The translations under genes and the position numbers were made by a program. Below the pieces are notes generated by a model. The model was not told the DNA's origin and searched no databases. It saw only the letters and a list, made by a program, of their open reading frames with translations. Positions 8,672-17,067 of a DNA stretch of 61,847 nucleotides are shown one piece after another. Source of the stretch: a virus (lineage: Duplodnaviria; Caudoviricetes); IMG/VR virus record IMGVR_UViG_3300048587_000332, positions 1 to 61,847 of that record; one strand, given 5' to 3'. Each line of letters starts with the position of its first letter. Position 1 is the first letter of the stretch.

Positions 8672-9169
8672 ATGGATTTCATTACTTCCGACACCCATTT
8701 TGGCCACGCCAATATCATTCAGTATTGTCAACGCCCCTTTTCTTCCGTTGAAGAAATGGACGAAACCCTCATCGCCAACTGGAACTCTGTGGTAAAGCCG
8801 GAAGATTGGGTCTACCATCTTGGCGATTTTGCGCTCGGCAAAGCCGAAAATGTGGCGAAGTACCGTAATCGCCTTAATGGGCGTATCTTCCTGGTGCGCG
8901 GCAATCATGACCGACCCGAGGACTTCATGCTCAAGGCAGGTTTTACATCTGTAGTAGATCGTTACGTGTTTTCTACCCGTAAGCGCCCGGTAGTGGCCCA
9001 ACATCGGCCCAACATTCCTCGCATCAACCCCAACTTTGGGCTGTTTTATGGGCATGTTCACAATACTCCCCACGAACCCTTCACCGAGCATTCTCTTTGC
9101 GTTTGCGTGGAACTTCATGACTACAAACCACTTCCGTTAGATGAGGCATTCGCTCGACTGAATTTGTAG
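8672..9169 (+). CDS. Calcineurin-like metallophosphoesterase
   Basis: SDTHFGH, HLGD, GNHD, GHVH; TGTTATACT lies 6 nt before ATG (leaderless). Confidence 0.9.
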   Translation: MDFITSDTHFGHANIIQYCQRPFSSVEEMDETLIANWNSVVKPEDWVYHLGDFALGKAENVAKYRNRLNGRIFLVRGNHDRPEDFMLKAGFTSVVDRYVFSTRKRPVVAQHRPNIPRINPNFGLFYGHVHNTPHEPFTEHSLCVCVELHDYKPLPLDEAFARLNL

Positions 9170-9233
9170 TATTTTTTCAGGGTACCCTTAGATTTTTCTT
9201 GCATTTTGGCCACAGAACCGCTATAGTTGGGGT

Positions 9234-9689
9234 ATGACACACACACCAACAATCCCAAACCCTCAAATTTTCAAAGCACCAAAGATCCAACATCAATCCG
9301 AACTCTCGGAATGCCGCTGCGGCCTAGACTATGACGTAGTGACTGGGAGACATTTCCCCCGAGTGTTAGGAAGTTCTTACGCAGCGGCCCAGACCCCCGA
9401 CGATTATTATGGGTCTCCGGAGTGTTTCGAAGTCACTATCCAGATTCGAGGCTACTGTCCTTTGAATTTTCCCTATGAAGATAGAGCAGATTTCGTTAAA
9501 TTCTGGGCGCTGCCTGAAAAAGATCGGGCAATTCTCTCAGCGAAATGCGTTTTCCTGGAAATTGCCCCTATCGAAGAACTCTGCGACTTGGAACACTTCG
9601 ACGTTTCCGGGCCACACCACTTTGCCTACCACTGCAAGGGGGACAAGCTGTTCTTCTCTTGCACTTACGAGGGTTATGAGATTTGCTAG
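9234..9689 (+). CDS. Hypothetical protein (leaderless)
   Basis: TTGCAT-17-TATAGT-6nt-ATG. Confidence 0.7.
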   Translation: MTHTPTIPNPQIFKAPKIQHQSELSECRCGLDYDVVTGRHFPRVLGSSYAAAQTPDDYYGSPECFEVTIQIRGYCPLNFPYEDRADFVKFWALPEKDRAILSAKCVFLEIAPIEELCDLEHFDVSGPHHFAYHCKGDKLFFSCTYEGYEIC

Positions 9690-9719
9690 GGGCCGGAGGC
9701 CTTTCCAAAGGAAAACACA

Positions 9720-10346
9720 ATGAAACTCACATTCACACTTTTGACACTCTGCTTTGCGCTTAGCGCCCAGGTGCTGCCCGTCATCGACGCCACACCTGGT
9801 ACGCAACTCTGTATCCTCAACGACTCCGACGAAACGGTCGGCTACAACATTCAGTTCAGGGAGCCACTTGGCTCCCCCGCACAACCTTCTTTCGAAGCCT
9901 TTGGACCGCAAGCGGCCCTTCTAGGAGGGCTTGCTCCGCAAGCACTAGCTTGCTACACGTTCGCTGAACCCGGCACCTACTGGGCTGCCAACGTATCGCC
10001 CTTCGGCGCTCCGCGCATCTTTGTCCTGACGGACACTGGCGTGCTACGCACGCAAAAACCCGGCGTGAAACGCACGCTTCCATGGTTTGAACTGAACGCG
10101 GATACGGAACTCGTGCTCGTGAACACGGGAGAAACGCCGGTCAGCGTGGCGGCTATCTACCGCGAACGCAACGGCGTTGAAGTGTTTCGCTCAGAAACCG
10201 TCGTTGGCCCCTACCAACAGGCGAGGCTCCGCCTTGATTTCGAGCGCCTTCGCGACCTAAACGGCTCCGTGACCTTGATTGACACACTCAATCTCGGTAC
10301 ACTGGTAACGGCGGCGCACTTCGCGCCCAAGGGCATTGTTTACTAG
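9720..10346 (+). CDS. Secreted beta-rich protein
   Basis: Signal peptide MKLTFTLLTLCFALSA-Q. Confidence 0.7.
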   Translation: MKLTFTLLTLCFALSAQVLPVIDATPGTQLCILNDSDETVGYNIQFREPLGSPAQPSFEAFGPQAALLGGLAPQALACYTFAEPGTYWAANVSPFGAPRIFVLTDTGVLRTQKPGVKRTLPWFELNADTELVLVNTGETPVSVAAIYRERNGVEVFRSETVVGPYQQARLRLDFERLRDLNGSVTLIDTLNLGTLVTAAHFAPKGIVY

Positions 10347-10443
10347 GAGGGTACTGTGCCCAAGACGTTTCGGCTACCGAGGGTAAGCGGATCAACTGGC
10401 TGGTGTCCTGCTCGCGGCGGCAAGGGAATGGAGGAGGGAAGCG

Positions 10444-11013
10444 ATGATTGACCTGAACGAACTGGAGCGGCTGCTGGCGGAAGCATACCCGATGGCTCCG
10501 ATTCCTGGAATAACGGGTTACATGGCCGGGAGCGATGGACACATTTGGTCCTTCACTAATTGGCGAGGGAGGGGGATTAGTAAGTTGGCCGAGTCAATTA
10601 ACCGAGATGGGTATCCGGTCGTGTGTACAAGGGTCAGCGGACGGGGGTTAAGGCGTCAGGTACACAGGCTGATATGCACTGCATTTCACGGCGCAAAGAA
10701 GAACCGCCAACATCAGGTACGACACCTAAACGGGATCAAGACCGACAATCGCCCCTGCAATCTAGCGTGGGGAACTGCAAAAGAAAACGCAGAAGATCGG
10801 GATAGACACGAGACGACCGCCCGTGGTGAATCTAACGGCTTCTCGAAACTCACCAGCGCCGACGTCTTAGCTGCTCGTCGCTTTCATGAGAGGGGAATGC
10901 CGATGAGCATTATGGCGAGTTTCCTTGGTGTATCTACTGACGGGCTATCTTTGGCTGTCCACAAGAAATCTTGGAAACACGTGCCGAGTCAAGGAGGTTA
11001 TTGTGGGGATTGA
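10444..11013 (+). CDS. HNH homing endonuclease (NUMOD4/HNH_3-like)
   Basis: PIPG..GY..SDG.I.S; VHRLI..AF; VRHLNG.KTDN...NL.WGT..EN; C-terminal HTH. Confidence 0.9.
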   Translation: MIDLNELERLLAEAYPMAPIPGITGYMAGSDGHIWSFTNWRGRGISKLAESINRDGYPVVCTRVSGRGLRRQVHRLICTAFHGAKKNRQHQVRHLNGIKTDNRPCNLAWGTAKENAEDRDRHETTARGESNGFSKLTSADVLAARRFHERGMPMSIMASFLGVSTDGLSLAVHKKSWKHVPSQGGYCGD

Positions 11014-11329
11014 TCTAGATGCGCTGGAAGCGGCTATGCGAGAAGCTACGCCGGGACCGTGGGCTTTTGATTCGTACAGCACCGTGCAATCAGCGCCCCG
11101 CATTCAAGAATATGAGTTTGACGAGAGCGTCGAGCCGGATGTGTGCAAGGTGCCGCGAACAGGGCACGGTGATTTGGGCACAGTCCAGGGAGTGAAAGAC
11201 GCGGAGTTGATCGTCGCTGCCGTGAACGCCCTTCCCGGCCTCATCCGCGAACTGCGCGAACTCCGCGCGGATCGCGAGCGGCCGGACTGGTTGAATGCCG
11301 CCTTTGGCGGCGGAAAGGAAAACCAATGA
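11003..11329 (+). CDS. Ead/Ea22-like protein
   Basis: AAGGAGGT SD with GTG start; ATPGPW...DAELIVAAVNALPGLIRELR. Confidence 0.7.
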   Translation: MGIDLDALEAAMREATPGPWAFDSYSTVQSAPRIQEYEFDESVEPDVCKVPRTGHGDLGTVQGVKDAELIVAAVNALPGLIRELRELRADRERPDWLNAAFGGGKENQ

Positions 11330-11700
11330 ATCTAAACGAAGCTCGCGAACTCGCGCGTTCGCGCCCTGTTTTCGGATCAGTCGCTTGGCTCGAAGCGCGA
11401 GAGCTTTTGGCTCTAGCGCTGTTAGCCGAACAGAATTTCCGTTTAGCAACTTCGTTGCTAAAACAGGTTGACGATGCCGCTGCCTTGGATGAAGAGAGTG
11501 AAGCACTTGCCCTAGCGTTAAAAGACAACAGCAAACTAACGGATTTTGCGGATCAAGAAGTTGCTGGAATTGAGGAAGATTACGGAGTCTCTGAGAAAGA
11601 GCTTCGCGCTTTTGTCTCTAAGCCGCCAGGTCTGCTGAACTTAAAGGGGCTTCGCGAACTGGCGGAAGCTTTTGAAGAGGAGGAAGACGAAGATGTCTAG
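11326..11700 (+). CDS. Hypothetical helical acidic protein
   Basis: Translational coupling to the upstream gene. Confidence 0.65.
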   Translation: MNLNEARELARSRPVFGSVAWLEARELLALALLAEQNFRLATSLLKQVDDAAALDEESEALALALKDNSKLTDFADQEVAGIEEDYGVSEKELRAFVSKPPGLLNLKGLRELAEAFEEEEDEDV

Positions 11701-12598
11701 CGATTCTGCACAGATGGACAAGATTTCAGGCGAAATGAGCAAGCGGCCCTTAGCTATCGATCTGTTTTGCGGCTTAGGCGGATGGACGGAAGGGCTGCTT
11801 GCTACTGGTTGGCGGGTGATCGGCTTCGATATTGAGCAGCACGTCTACGGCGATAAGCGGTACCCGGCGGAAATGGTCGTGCAGGATGTTCTCACGTTGC
11901 ACGGATCGCAATTTAAAAATGCCGACCTGATCGTCGCCTCGCCCCCGTGCCAGAAGTATTCCTACATGGCGATGCCGTGGTCCAAGGCGAAGGCTCTCGC
12001 AGAGTATTACCGGGGGAGTGCTGAGCGACTAGCGGACCTGAACGCGCTCTTCGATGCCTGTTTCCGTATCCAGCGGGAGGCGTCGGAAGCTGCGGGCCGT
12101 CACATTCCGATGGTCGTCGAGAACGTGAGGGGTGCACAGCGTTGGGTTGGCCGAGCGAAGGGGCACTACGGCAGCTACTATCTCTGGGGCGACGTGCCCT
12201 CACTGATGCCGATGCCAACATCACTCAAGAACACCGGAGGGTCATGGTTTGGTGAGCGAGACGGGAAGCCCATCGATCGTAATGACCCGCGCGAGGGGTA
12301 TAAGAGTGCTGGCTTAAATTGGTCCGACCGCTCGAAGCGAGGTCAGGACTTTACACGGATTGCGGGGCGGCAGGCTGGCATCAAGCAGGGAGGGTTACCC
12401 GGCACTGCTCGGTGTGATCGAGGCGCGGCGTCTGTATCTTCCCGCTCGAACGCGCGCAAGCAGGCATCGGCGGAAATCGCGAAGATTCCGTTCGCCTTGG
12501 CTCGGCATATAGGAGAAGTCTATGGCGATCAATGGCGACGCCAATGGCCGGGGTCTCTAGTGGGTGGCAATGGCACCGTTGAAGAGAAGGAGACCTAA
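11693..12598 (+). CDS. C5-cytosine DNA methyltransferase
   Basis: IDLFCGLGG, ASPPCQ, VVENV motifs. Confidence 0.9.
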   Translation: MSSDSAQMDKISGEMSKRPLAIDLFCGLGGWTEGLLATGWRVIGFDIEQHVYGDKRYPAEMVVQDVLTLHGSQFKNADLIVASPPCQKYSYMAMPWSKAKALAEYYRGSAERLADLNALFDACFRIQREASEAAGRHIPMVVENVRGAQRWVGRAKGHYGSYYLWGDVPSLMPMPTSLKNTGGSWFGERDGKPIDRNDPREGYKSAGLNWSDRSKRGQDFTRIAGRQAGIKQGGLPGTARCDRGAASVSSRSNARKQASAEIAKIPFALARHIGEVYGDQWRRQWPGSLVGGNGTVEEKET

Positions 12599-12602
12599 GG
12601 AA

Positions 12603-13001
12603 ATGACATACACAACAGATGAATTGCGGAAGCTCCAGAATTACTACGGCGAGCGGGCGGTGGACCTGCTACTTAAGTGGGGCGGTGCGGTAGCGAGTAT
12701 TGGGCGCCCGGTCGGGAATGGACCGTGGGTTAATCGTGAGGGCACAGTCTGCTCAGCAGCGCACACGTTCACGATATGGGATTCAAACGAGGCTGCGCTG
12801 ATCCTGCGCCCGGAGCGCCGGAAGGTCAAGGCGACGCAATTTGTTTTCACGCCTCTAGCGTCAACGCCGCGATTCCTTACAGCGGGGGAATGGTATCTTA
12901 TGGGAATGTTTGTCTGCGACGTGTATGGGGGTGTTGAGGCCATACCCTACAAACGTACTGAGGTCGAGATTGAAATTGAGGAGGACGAAGATGAAGCTTG
13001 A
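12603..13001 (+). CDS. Hypothetical protein (possible distant paralog of 23050 and 30783)
   Basis: YYGE...RP...W...ALILRP...AGEWYL. Confidence 0.65.
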   Translation: MTYTTDELRKLQNYYGERAVDLLLKWGGAVASIGRPVGNGPWVNREGTVCSAAHTFTIWDSNEAALILRPERRKVKATQFVFTPLASTPRFLTAGEWYLMGMFVCDVYGGVEAIPYKRTEVEIEIEEDEDEA

Positions 13002-13284
13002 TAAAGAACGGAAGCGGTATTACGCTAACGAACGTAAATTCATACCCAAGGGTCAGAAATCGTTAGCTGAGAAATTGGATGAGCATTTCGCAATGCGTGG
13101 ATGGGAGGATCGCTATTCCGGGACTATCCAGGCGGAGGAGCGCTCAGTCATTCAGAGCGTTTTAGCAGAAGTGGAACGTTTCGAGCGCGGAGGCTTCGGG
13201 CTATCGCCCGGAGGCCGCTCGCTCGGTCAAGCGAGATCCTTTGGATCTCCCCACAATGACCACTTCGAAGAAGGGGAGGCTTAA
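12991..13284 (+). CDS. Hypothetical protein
   Basis: GAGGAG SD; packed in the operon. Confidence 0.55.
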   Translation: MKLDKERKRYYANERKFIPKGQKSLAEKLDEHFAMRGWEDRYSGTIQAEERSVIQSVLAEVERFERGGFGLSPGGRSLGQARSFGSPHNDHFEEGEA

Positions 13285-14123
13285 TGGCTAAGTTTCGTCT
13301 TAACGACCTTAATTCAGATCCCATCAACCAAGCGATCCTCGACTGCGACCTTCCCGACTACTACACTGACAGCGCGGCGGCTTCCGCCATGTGCGCCTTA
13401 GAGGCTTACGCCTCGGCGGATGCAGACGGGTTTCGCATTGTAGGCGTCGAGCAGGAGTTCGAAGAGACGCTCGACTACTGGCCTTTCAAGTTCAAATGGG
13501 TCGCCGATCTGATCGCGTACAACCCCTCCCAGATCGTCATCGTTGATTGGAAAATCACAACCAATCCCGATAAACGCTGGGAATCAAAGATTGTCGATAG
13601 CTGGCAGTGGCGGCTCTACAGTTACTTCATCCAGCAGCGTTTTCCCAAACTGAATGTCAAGTTCCTCTATCGCGGTATTCCCCGCGCTGGAAGTGGCAAA
13701 CCTCGCCAAGTCGCTCTTACGTCAACATCCTCTTACTGGAACTACCAACTAGGTAAGGTACCTCTTTACCTGCGGCAGAGTGCCTCCCAGTTAGAGTCCC
13801 TCCGCGAAGCAGAACGCTGGCCGGAATACCGCCCTTCCGGCTGTGGCGCTTTCGGGCGTGACTGCCCCTTTATGACAGGGTGCCTCTCAACCGGCACCCC
13901 CGCAGGTGTGCTAAAATTAGAGCACCTGTCGCATTCGACCCTCGATAAATTCGCTCTCTGCCCCGAGAGGCTGCGCCTATCGAAACTGACGGGAACTGAA
14001 GAAGATGGGATGGCGCTTCAGGTCGGCAAAGCGGCTCATGCCGCCATCGCCGCCGCCTATATGCAAATTCGCGACTGGCAAATCGCCACTGGGTTCAACA
14101 CCGGAAAGGAACTTACTCTATGA
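13284..14123 (+). CDS. PD-(D/E)XK Cas4/AddB-like exonuclease, apparently circularly permuted
   Basis: VEQEF...ADLI...IVDWK...QWRLY...C.....CPF...C, followed by HLSHSTLDKFALCP...G.AAH. Confidence 0.8.
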   Translation: MAKFRLNDLNSDPINQAILDCDLPDYYTDSAAASAMCALEAYASADADGFRIVGVEQEFEETLDYWPFKFKWVADLIAYNPSQIVIVDWKITTNPDKRWESKIVDSWQWRLYSYFIQQRFPKLNVKFLYRGIPRAGSGKPRQVALTSTSSYWNYQLGKVPLYLRQSASQLESLREAERWPEYRPSGCGAFGRDCPFMTGCLSTGTPAGVLKLEHLSHSTLDKFALCPERLRLSKLTGTEEDGMALQVGKAAHAAIAAAYMQIRDWQIATGFNTGKELTL

Positions 14124-14986
14124 ACCTTCTTAGTTTTAAGCCGAAAGACGCGCCCGTCTTGCGGCCTCGTAAGCTGACGGACGAAGAACCTCAGCAACAG
14201 AAAATCTTCATGTACGGTGCCTCGGGCACCGGAAAGACGAAAGCCCTTACGGGTTTCCTCAAAGCAGGCCTAAAGGTGGCGGTCCTCTCGACCGAAGCCG
14301 GAGGCCACGGGCTTCGTACCGTTCGCGCTGACCTGCTGGCCGAAGGTAAGCCCGAACTTCTCGACAATCTTGTCTTTTTCGACCTTGCCACCTACCAGGA
14401 AGTAAAAGCCTTCATCGAAAACTTTGCGGAGCTCCCCCTTGGCGACGGCAAAACGATGGTCGATTTCAACCCCGACCTCCTCGCCTGGGACGGACTCTCC
14501 AACTTCCAGACCAACTACATTGACGAGTACGTTCTCTCCAAAGACTACGCAGGCAAGGTAGACAAGGCGGGAGGCCAGATGCGCGAAGAGGGTCTCGTTG
14601 CCGGGGAGAAAGACTGGGACGCCATCGGGCGTGTTTCCAAGCGCGTCCTGGACGACTTCCTGCACTTACAGGCGGTTTCTTCGAAACCCCTACATTACTA
14701 CATCAACGCTTGGGAGTACGAGCCTGCCGCGCCGCAGCCGGGGCGCGAAGTCAAACAGGCGGATACGATCTACCGCCCCGCACTGGTGGGCGCTACCCGT
14801 ACCCAGGTGGCGGGATACTTCGACTTCGTTTTCCGCTCGGTGCGAAAGTACCCCATCGGGAAGAAAGAACTCACCTACGAATACGTTATCGCTTCGCCTG
14901 AATGTGTCAGCAAGCAGCGCGGCAATGACTTACAGCCAACCGAACCCGCCGACATGGAGGCCCTGTGGAAGAAAATCAACAAGTAA
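14120..14986 (+). CDS. AAA_24 / Sak4-like ssDNA-annealing ATPase
   Basis: YGASGTGKT, LSTEAG, AWDGLS; adjacent to the exonuclease. Confidence 0.8.
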   Translation: MNLLSFKPKDAPVLRPRKLTDEEPQQQKIFMYGASGTGKTKALTGFLKAGLKVAVLSTEAGGHGLRTVRADLLAEGKPELLDNLVFFDLATYQEVKAFIENFAELPLGDGKTMVDFNPDLLAWDGLSNFQTNYIDEYVLSKDYAGKVDKAGGQMREEGLVAGEKDWDAIGRVSKRVLDDFLHLQAVSSKPLHYYINAWEYEPAAPQPGREVKQADTIYRPALVGATRTQVAGYFDFVFRSVRKYPIGKKELTYEYVIASPECVSKQRGNDLQPTEPADMEALWKKINK

Positions 14987-15351
14987 ACTTCGCCGATTTG
15001 AGTGAAGCTCAAAAGGTCGAACTCATCCTTCTGAAGCTGCACGAAGCGGTCAACATCATGCTGTGCCCCTACCCGCCAGCCGCGGTGTCCGCTATCGTCT
15101 CTTCACTCCGTGCATCTCTCCTCGTCCAATTTGGCGAGGAAGTTGTTGACAAAAACTATCAACTTGCGGTAGACTCATATAGGGCAGCTTTGCCCGAGAT
15201 GCGAAAGCAAGCTGGCTACGAAGAGGCGCTCGTGGACAACCACACACCGTTAGCTCTACCGGGCACTTCATTTGCGGCTGCGCCGCAGTTCGTGTACCCC
15301 ATTCGGGGTACGTCCGAAGAGGCTCCGCCTCCAACAAAATTGATCCACTAA
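14965..15351 (+). CDS. Hypothetical protein
   Basis: Packed ORF. Confidence 0.55.
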   Translation: MEENQQVNFADLSEAQKVELILLKLHEAVNIMLCPYPPAAVSAIVSSLRASLLVQFGEEVVDKNYQLAVDSYRAALPEMRKQAGYEEALVDNHTPLALPGTSFAAAPQFVYPIRGTSEEAPPPTKLIH

Positions 15352-15362
15352 GGAGAAACAGA

Positions 15363-16052
15363 ATGGCAAAACCATTGGCAGCGCGGCCTATGCCGCAACA
15401 GTATAACTTGGGCATTCTCGCCGGATTTGAAGTGGGGAAGGTGCGCAGCACCGACGGCGCTCTCGGCGTCAAGGTCAAGATCAAGGGCCTCGCCGGTTCG
15501 CCCGACTTCAATACCTACGTCACCATTCAGCCTGAATGGTGCCCCAACACCTTCAACTGCAATACGCTCGAAAAGCGGGACAAGTACGAGTATCAGCGCA
15601 ACCTCGGTTCGATTGACCGCCCCGGCCTTCTGATGGGTGTTGCTGGCTCGTTCGAACGCGCCGATGACTACCTTGCGGCCCTCGGCGAAATGGCGGAGTA
15701 CACTCCCGAAGAACTGGTCGCTGTTCTCCGCTCGGTCTTCAACCAAGGCGAAGACGACGAATCGAAGAAGCCGATCCCCTTTCTCTACATCACTGCACAG
15801 CAGCGCAAGAACGAGCGCGATGGGGACGGCGAATGGTTCAAGGTTCGCGGTCAGTACCGCGAAATCTCAAACTTCGTGTTCATCCCCTTCGGCGACGAAA
15901 CGAAGATGACGAAGACCTTCGAATCCTTCCTGAAACGCGCCGAGAAGCAGGCCACACGCTTTGCGGCGGGTGAAATCAACAGCTATGACAAGCTGGATGA
16001 AGACGACGCCGAAGTGACCTTCTCCCTCGACCGCGTGGGGGAAGTGTTGTAA
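15363..16052 (+). CDS. Putative single-stranded DNA-binding protein
   Basis: Strong SD, follows the Sak4-like gene, acidic C-terminal region; synteny inference only. Confidence 0.45.
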   Translation: MAKPLAARPMPQQYNLGILAGFEVGKVRSTDGALGVKVKIKGLAGSPDFNTYVTIQPEWCPNTFNCNTLEKRDKYEYQRNLGSIDRPGLLMGVAGSFERADDYLAALGEMAEYTPEELVAVLRSVFNQGEDDESKKPIPFLYITAQQRKNERDGDGEWFKVRGQYREISNFVFIPFGDETKMTKTFESFLKRAEKQATRFAAGEINSYDKLDEDDAEVTFSLDRVGEVL

Positions 16053-16083
16053 ACCTAGCCATGCAATAGGTAACCTCCCAACT

Positions 16084-16116
16084 AAGGGGTGGGCTTCGGT
16101 CCACCCCTCTTTTTTG
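16084..16116 (+). terminator. Intrinsic terminator
   Basis: AGGGGTGGGC-TTCG-GTCCACCCCT followed by a T-run. Confidence 0.85.
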
Positions 16117-16163
16117 TTGACTCGCTGCGCGAGTCGCGCTATACTGAGTTGGAGGAGATTCAC

Positions 16164-16370
16164 ATGACAATACTCGAACTCATTGAAAGACTGAACGCCC
16201 TCTATGCTCGCGAAGGCAACCTTGACGTGGTAGTAACCGACGAAGCCCTTTCCCCTTTGGCGGGTTTCTGTGCACCGATGCCCTCTTGCCTCTACGTAGA
16301 TATGCAAGGAAGGCTTATCGACGAGACCAATCCTGCAACAGAAGAATGCCAAAAGGTGGTCTGGCTCTAA
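16164..16370 (+). CDS. Hypothetical protein
   Basis: TTGACT-17-TATACT promoter; GGAGG SD; MTILELIERL...GNLDVVV. Confidence 0.7.
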   Translation: MTILELIERLNALYAREGNLDVVVTDEALSPLAGFCAPMPSCLYVDMQGRLIDETNPATEECQKVVWL

Positions 16371-16936
16371 TGAACCGCAAGCCGGACACTTGCTCTAGCT
16401 GCCGTCTCTACCACCTGCCCACGGTGGGCTTCTGCGCCGATTCGGCCCCCAAAGGGGCCAAGGTGGGAGTATTGTTGTATCGCCCTGGACGCGAAAGCGC
16501 CGTCACGGGCGACCCTTGGGACGCTGATTCTATGTACTCGGTCCTACGGACCTATAACAAACTTGGCTTTACCAAAGACGACATTCTAGTGGCATACCTC
16601 ATTCGTTGCTACTTTGCTCATAGTTCCAAAGGCACGCTTCCAAAGACGAACGCACAGCACGCGCTCGCCCTATGCCGCCAGTATGATCAGGCGCTACGCG
16701 CCTGGAGGCCGAATGCAGTCGTCTACACCTACGACCTGGAGGGAGCTTTCGGCTCCCCTCCAATGCAGTGCATCAACGAATTGGCGGCGAGCAAAGCCCG
16801 CCAACTGGCTGACCGGGGCTATCGCCCCCTAGTCGCTTACGGCAAAGAAGTTCTGGAGTTCTTGGATCCGCAACTCAAAGGTGGGTTGGGATCTTGGAAA
16901 CTGCACATTGACACCAAATTCCACTGGAGGCCCTAG
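16370..16936 (+). CDS. Degenerate family-4 uracil-DNA-glycosylase-like protein
   Basis: CSSCRL...RPG..S..TG.PW...IRC...ALALC; directly upstream of the polymerase; the GE(A/G)PG catalytic motif is not intact. Confidence 0.55.
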   Translation: MNRKPDTCSSCRLYHLPTVGFCADSAPKGAKVGVLLYRPGRESAVTGDPWDADSMYSVLRTYNKLGFTKDDILVAYLIRCYFAHSSKGTLPKTNAQHALALCRQYDQALRAWRPNAVVYTYDLEGAFGSPPMQCINELAASKARQLADRGYRPLVAYGKEVLEFLDPQLKGGLGSWKLHIDTKFHWRP

Positions 16937-17067
16937 TGATCCCCAAACCACCGGAAGATCGTGATTGGCACTTTTGGCAAGACCTGCTGTCAATAGCGGT
17001 CATCGTCGCCGCTGTTGTCATTATCAGCACCATTGCAATTTACCTCACGGAGCACTATGGCAAGTAG
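16936..17067 (+). CDS. Small single-TM protein (43 aa, not in the ORF track)
   Basis: GGAGG SD with GTG start; LLSIAVIVAAVVIISTIAIYL. Confidence 0.5.
   Translation: MIPKPPEDRDWHFWQDLLSIAVIVAAVVIISTIAIYLTEHYGK

Noticed and set aside
13284-14123. Cas4 as part of a CRISPR-Cas system
   Set aside because: Its context is the phage recombination module (Sak4-like, SSB-like); no cas1/cas2 or array
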